Shown here: positions 24,421 through 28,145 of the stretch, one piece after another
Layout of the letters: every line of letters begins with the position of its first letter
Numbering within the stretch: position 1 is the first letter of the stretch
Assembly: GCA_003245895.1 (NCBI GenBank)
Contig: QKBZ01000242.1
Span: 1 to 28,145, forward strand
Length of the DNA: 28,145 nt
DNA from: Beggiatoa sp.
GTDB taxonomy: Bacteria > Pseudomonadota > Gammaproteobacteria > Beggiatoales > Beggiatoaceae
Direction of reading: 5' to 3'
Program-made: the position numbers and the translations under genes
The notes under the pieces: model-generated
The model's database searches: none
The model's input: the letters and a program-made list of their open reading frames with translations, nothing else
Told to the model about the DNA's origin: nothing

Positions 24421-26478
24421 CTACGCCGCAATCCCTGTATGCCGCAACAGCGCATCAATCTTAGGCTCCCGCCCACGGAATTCCACAAACAACTGCATTG
24501 GTTCTTCCGCGCCACCACGCTCTAAAATCGCGTGTAAGAAGCGTTGCCCTACCGTGCGATTGAAAATGCCCTGTTCTTCAAATAAGGAGAACGCATCGGC
24601 GGATAACACTTCAGCCCATTTATAGCTGTAATAGCCCGCAGCATAACCACCGGCAAAGATATGTCCAAAGCTGTGCTGGAAGCGGTTAAAGCTTGGCGGA
24701 ATTAATACGGCGACTTGTTGGCGCACGCTGTTCAATAAATCTTGAACATTGATACCGGCTTGATATTCCTTATGCAAGCGGAAATCGAATAAAGCAAACT
24801 CCAACTGACGCACCATAAATAAACCGGCTTGGAAGTTTTTCGCGGCGGTCATTTTGTCGAATAAGGTTTCGGGTAATGGATCGCCGGTTTCATAATGCGC
24901 GGCGAATAAATCCAACGCCTCACGCTCCCAACACCAGTTTTCCATAAACTGACTTGGCAACTCCACTGCGTCCCAAGGCACACCGCTGATACCGGATACT
25001 GGCGAGTAATCGACTAAGGTCAGCATATGGTGCAAACCATGACCGAATTCATGGAATAAGGTCAACACTTCTTGATGGGTTAATAAAACCGGCTTGTCGC
25101 CCACAGTCGGCGTGAAATTACATACCATGTAAGCCACAGGTGTTTGCACGGCATCCGCTTCTAAGCGTTTGCGGCCTAAGCAAGTCCCCATCCACGCGCC
25201 ACCGCGTTTGCCTCGGCGAGCGTATAAATCTAAGTAAAATTGACCGCGTAAATTGCCTTTTTCATCCTGAATATTATAAAAACGCACATCAGGGTGATAA
25301 GTTTCAAAATCGGTGACTTGCGTTACTTTCATGCCGTATAAACGCTCAACAATGGCGAATAAGCCATTTAACACGTTAGGCAGCGGGAAATAAGGCCGCA
25401 AAGTTTCTTGCGAGATGTCATAACAATGCTGGCGTAACTTCTCGGAATAATACGGAATATCCCACATTTCCAAATGTTCAACGCCGTATTGCTCGCGGGC
25501 AAAATCTTTTAATTCGTCTAATTCTTTAGCCGCAATGGGACGGGCTTTTTCCGCCAATTCGCTTAAAAATTCCACCACTTGATCCGGCGTTTCTGCCATC
25601 TTAGTTGCCAGCGAATATTCCGCATAATTGCTAAAACCTAACAATTCTGCCAATTCATGACGCAAAGCCAAGATTTCTGACATTAACTCGCTGTTATCCC
25701 ATTTGCCAGCATCAGGGCCTTGATCCGAAGCGCGAGTGGCGAACGCGGTGTATAACTCTTGGCGCAAACTGCGGTCGTCGGCGTAATTCATCACCGGCAA
25801 ATAACACGGCATATCTAAAGTCACCACCCAGCCTTCTAACTCGGCCTGCTCGGCATTGTGCTGCAATAATTCGCGCACAGAGTCCGATAAACCTGATAAT
25901 TGCTCAGCATCCGTAATATGCTTGTGCCAATGATGGGTGGCATCTAATAAATTTTCTGAAAAGCGCGTACTTAAAGACGATAAAGCTTGCTGAATTTCAC
26001 GGTAACGGCTTTGTTTTTCCGGCGGTAAATCAATGCCAGACAGGTGAAAATCGCGCAATTCGTTGTCAATAATCTTGCGTTGTGCAGGCGATAATTTTTG
26101 AAAATCAGCACTGTCAGCAATGCTTTTATAACCATCATATAAAGCTTTATTTTGCCCAATTTCGCTGCTGTATTCCGACATTTTCGGCAAACCCGCGTTA
26201 TAGGCTGCCCGCAATTCATCGGTATTCGCCACATTATTCAAATGGCTAACCGGCGACCACATTTTATTCAGGCGATCATTTAAATCATTCAGCGGCTGAA
26301 CAAAGTTTTCCCAAGTTTTAGGGGTTTTGCTTTCCGCCAAGGCTTGAATCGCTTCGCGGTTGCTTTGCAGAATGTGATCGAGGGCAGGTTCTACCTGTTC
26401 AGGCAGAATTTGTGAAAACGGTGGTAAACCTTTAAAAGTTAACAACGGGTTTGTCATACAGCTTAAATCCTTATCCAT
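24421..26478 (-). CDS. prlC: Oligopeptidase A (M3 family zinc metallopeptidase).
   Basis: HEFGHGLHHM HExxH motif. The length (685 aa) and co-linearity are typical of OpdA/PrlC. Confidence 0.9.
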   Translation of the reverse strand: MDKDLSCMTNPLLTFKGLPPFSQILPEQVEPALDHILQSNREAIQALAESKTPKTWENFVQPLNDLNDRLNKMWSPVSHLNNVANTDELRAAYNAGLPKMSEYSSEIGQNKALYDGYKSIADSADFQKLSPAQRKIIDNELRDFHLSGIDLPPEKQSRYREIQQALSSLSTRFSENLLDATHHWHKHITDAEQLSGLSDSVRELLQHNAEQAELEGWVVTLDMPCYLPVMNYADDRSLRQELYTAFATRASDQGPDAGKWDNSELMSEILALRHELAELLGFSNYAEYSLATKMAETPDQVVEFLSELAEKARPIAAKELDELKDFAREQYGVEHLEMWDIPYYSEKLRQHCYDISQETLRPYFPLPNVLNGLFAIVERLYGMKVTQVTDFETYHPDVRFYNIQDEKGNLRGQFYLDLYARRGKRGGAWMGTCLGRKRLEADAVQTPVAYMVCNFTPTVGDKPVLLTHQEVLTLFHEFGHGLHHMLTLVDYSPVSGISGVPWDAVELPSQFMENWCWEREALDLFAAHYETGDPLPETLFDKMTAAKNFQAGLFMVRQLEFALFDFRLHKEYQAGINVQDLLNSVRQQVAVLIPPSFNRFQHSFGHIFAGGYAAGYYSYKWAEVLSADAFSLFEEQGIFNRTVGQRFLHAILERGGAEEPMQLFVEFRGREPKIDALLRHTGIAA

Positions 26479-26839
26479 CTTGTTGTTTATGCGATGTTTC
26501 TGTGTGTTGCTTTAACTCAGCTTCTAATAATGCCACTTTTTGCGTTAAACGCCGACACTTACGCTCTAAATGCGACTGATGAATATCCGTCATCAGCACT
26601 TTCATTAACAATAAGCCCATTCCTAGCAAAAACAATAAGGTCGGCGGGTAGCTAATCCCCAAGGCTGCGGCTAAAGGATTGATCCACATCGGAAAAAAAC
26701 CTAACAACATGACGCTAACTGCTACAATTAACCACCATGCTGCATGACGCGAGTGTAAGTGATCGCGACGGATTAAGCCTAAAATGGTAATCGCTAAGGC
26801 CACGCCGAAAAACGCGGAAGTAAATTGGTAACTGATCAT
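26471..26839 (-). CDS. DUF2304-family small membrane protein (3 TM helices + C-terminal coiled-coil).
   Basis: Hydrophobic segments FGVALAITILGLI, WWLIVAVSVMLLGFF, LLFLLGMGLLLM, then LERKCRRLTQKVALLEAELKQ. This family typically sits downstream of a GT2 glycosyltransferase. It overlaps the GT2 stop by 4 nt and the prlC start by 8 nt. Confidence 0.55.
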   Translation of the reverse strand: MISYQFTSAFFGVALAITILGLIRRDHLHSRHAAWWLIVAVSVMLLGFFPMWINPLAAALGISYPPTLLFLLGMGLLLMKVLMTDIHQSHLERKCRRLTQKVALLEAELKQHTETSHKQQDG

Positions 26840-27540
26840 CTTTTAAATTTAAGGTGTGTGCTAAAGGCAATGGCTAAAATTAAAGTATGCATCATATATT
26901 TACCCACCACCCACCACGAACTGAAAATACGTGAGTGACCGTCTAAACGCGGACGCATAGAAATTGTCACCTCACGCACTTGTAAACCGGCGCGATGTAA
27001 TAACATCAACACCCCAATATCTTGGTAGTCCAATAAAGTCGCTGTTTTTGAAGCTAATAAGCGAATCGCTGGCAGGCGGTAAGCGCGTAGACCAGAGGTT
27101 AAATCTTCTAAAGAAATGCCGGAAATGCGCCGAAACATCGCCCACGCAAAATGCCGCGCAAGGCTGCCGCGTGCAGTGCATTCACCGATCACCACATCAC
27201 ACTGATGTTGTTGCAAGGCAGCGAGTAGCACAGAAATCGAGGCCGCTTCGTGCTGACCGTCTGCATCCATGGTAATTGCCACTTGATAACGATGCTGTTT
27301 AGCATAACGCAAACCAGTCTGCATCGCGCCCCACGCGCCCAGCGAAAACGGCAAGCTGACTACCGAAGCCCCCGCCGCTCGCGCCAATTCAGCCGTGTTA
27401 TCGGTGCTGGCATCATCAATCACTAAAATCGTGCCGTGAAAACAGGCTTGAATATCGGCCAACACGCTACCAATCGCCGCCGCTTCGTTTTTCGCCGGAA
27501 TCAAGATAATGACATCTTGGTGTGCAATCTCTGAGTTCAT
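26836..27540 (-). CDS. Family-2 glycosyltransferase (DPM1/polyprenol-phosphate glycosyltransferase-like).
   Basis: VIILIPAKNEAAAIGSVLADI...ILVIDDASTDNTAELAR...ITMDADGQHEA: the GT-A fold DxD/D..D motifs. Confidence 0.85.
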   Translation of the reverse strand: MNSEIAHQDVIILIPAKNEAAAIGSVLADIQACFHGTILVIDDASTDNTAELARAAGASVVSLPFSLGAWGAMQTGLRYAKQHRYQVAITMDADGQHEAASISVLLAALQQHQCDVVIGECTARGSLARHFAWAMFRRISGISLEDLTSGLRAYRLPAIRLLASKTATLLDYQDIGVLMLLHRAGLQVREVTISMRPRLDGHSRIFSSWWVVGKYMMHTLILAIAFSTHLKFKR

Positions 27541-27567
27541 GCCATCCTAACACTGTTCAGCCCGCGT

Positions 27568-28145
27568 TTAGCGTTGCCGAATAATCTCTTTCACTAAACG
27601 AGGGCCGCGATAAATTAAGCCAGTGTACACTTGTACCAAGGCTGCACCTGCGGCAAATTTTGCGCGTGCATCTTCGGCAGTCATAATGCCACCCGCTGCA
27701 ATAACGGGAATTTCATCCCCTAAGGTCTCATGCAGTTGACGTACCACCGCCGTTGAAGCCTCAGTCAAAGGCGAACCACTTAAACCGCCAGTTTCTGCGC
27801 CATGCACTAAATTTTGCACTGCATCGCGTGCCAGCGTGGTATTAGTGGCAATCACACCATCTAACTGATATTCCAATAATTTCGCCGCGATAAAATGCAA
27901 GGCTTCTGGCGTTAAATCCGGCGCGATTTTCACTGCCATCGGCACATAACGACCATGCTCCGCCGCCAGCGTTTGCTGTGCTTGTTTTAAGCAAGACAAC
28001 ATACGGTCTAAATCTTCGCCTTGTTGTAATTGACGTAAACCAGCCGTGTTTGGTGAAGAAATATTCACCGTGACGTAATCCGCATAGGTATACGCTTTGC
28101 GTAAACCGATCAAATAATCGTCTACTGCTTGTTGCAAAGGCGTGC
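27568..28145 (-). CDS. pyrD: Dihydroorotate dehydrogenase (quinone), C-terminal part. The gene continues beyond the window end.
   Basis: [62 protein letters not shown] are class-2 PyrD C-terminal motifs. The Met at 28137 is internal. Confidence 0.85.
   Translation of the reverse strand, partial: TPLQQAVDDYLIGLRKAYTYADYVTVNISSPNTAGLRQLQQGEDLDRMLSCLKQAQQTLAAEHGRYVPMAVKIAPDLTPEALHFIAAKLLEYQLDGVIATNTTLARDAVQNLVHGAETGGLSGSPLTEASTAVVRQLHETLGDEIPVIAAGGIMTAEDARAKFAAGAALVQVYTGLIYRGPRLVKEIIRQR

Overview
This window looks like a gammaproteobacterial chromosomal segment, judged from moderate GC by eye, heavy use of tta/caa/gcg codons and the order of housekeeping genes; this is an inference. Reading left to right: a 5'-truncated, frameshifted IS3-family IS remnant; a bacteriophytochrome photosensory core (PAS-GAF-PHY) that ends without any output domain; a long flotillin/SPFH protein (minus strand); a carbon-nitrogen hydrolase whose end overlaps the start of tldD; a membrane-anchored coiled-coil protein with a C-terminal FGE-sulfatase domain; a minus-strand operon aroK-aroB-dGTPase-like; a DUF1624-like membrane protein; two tandem paralogous Roadblock/LC7 (MglB-like) small proteins; rdgC; an orphan hydrogenase maturation protease; a 1754-aa RTX adhesin built from tandem Ig/cadherin-like repeats with a TolC-family outer-membrane protein downstream; and a tightly packed minus-strand operon pyrD(partial)-GT2 glycosyltransferase-DUF2304-prlC. 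Almost every intergenic region of any length is filled with a mosaic of short palindromic repeat units. At least six motif families (A-F, plus a junction motif M) recur in both orientations and combine BIME-like, and the most common unit is strikingly similar to the E. coli REP consensus. No rRNA, tRNA or CRISPR array was recognised. The features most worth follow-up are the output-less phytochrome, the partner-less Roadblock pair, the orphan hydrogenase protease, the RTX adhesin with only a TolC nearby, and the repeat mosaic itself, one copy of which has truncated the IS3 element.
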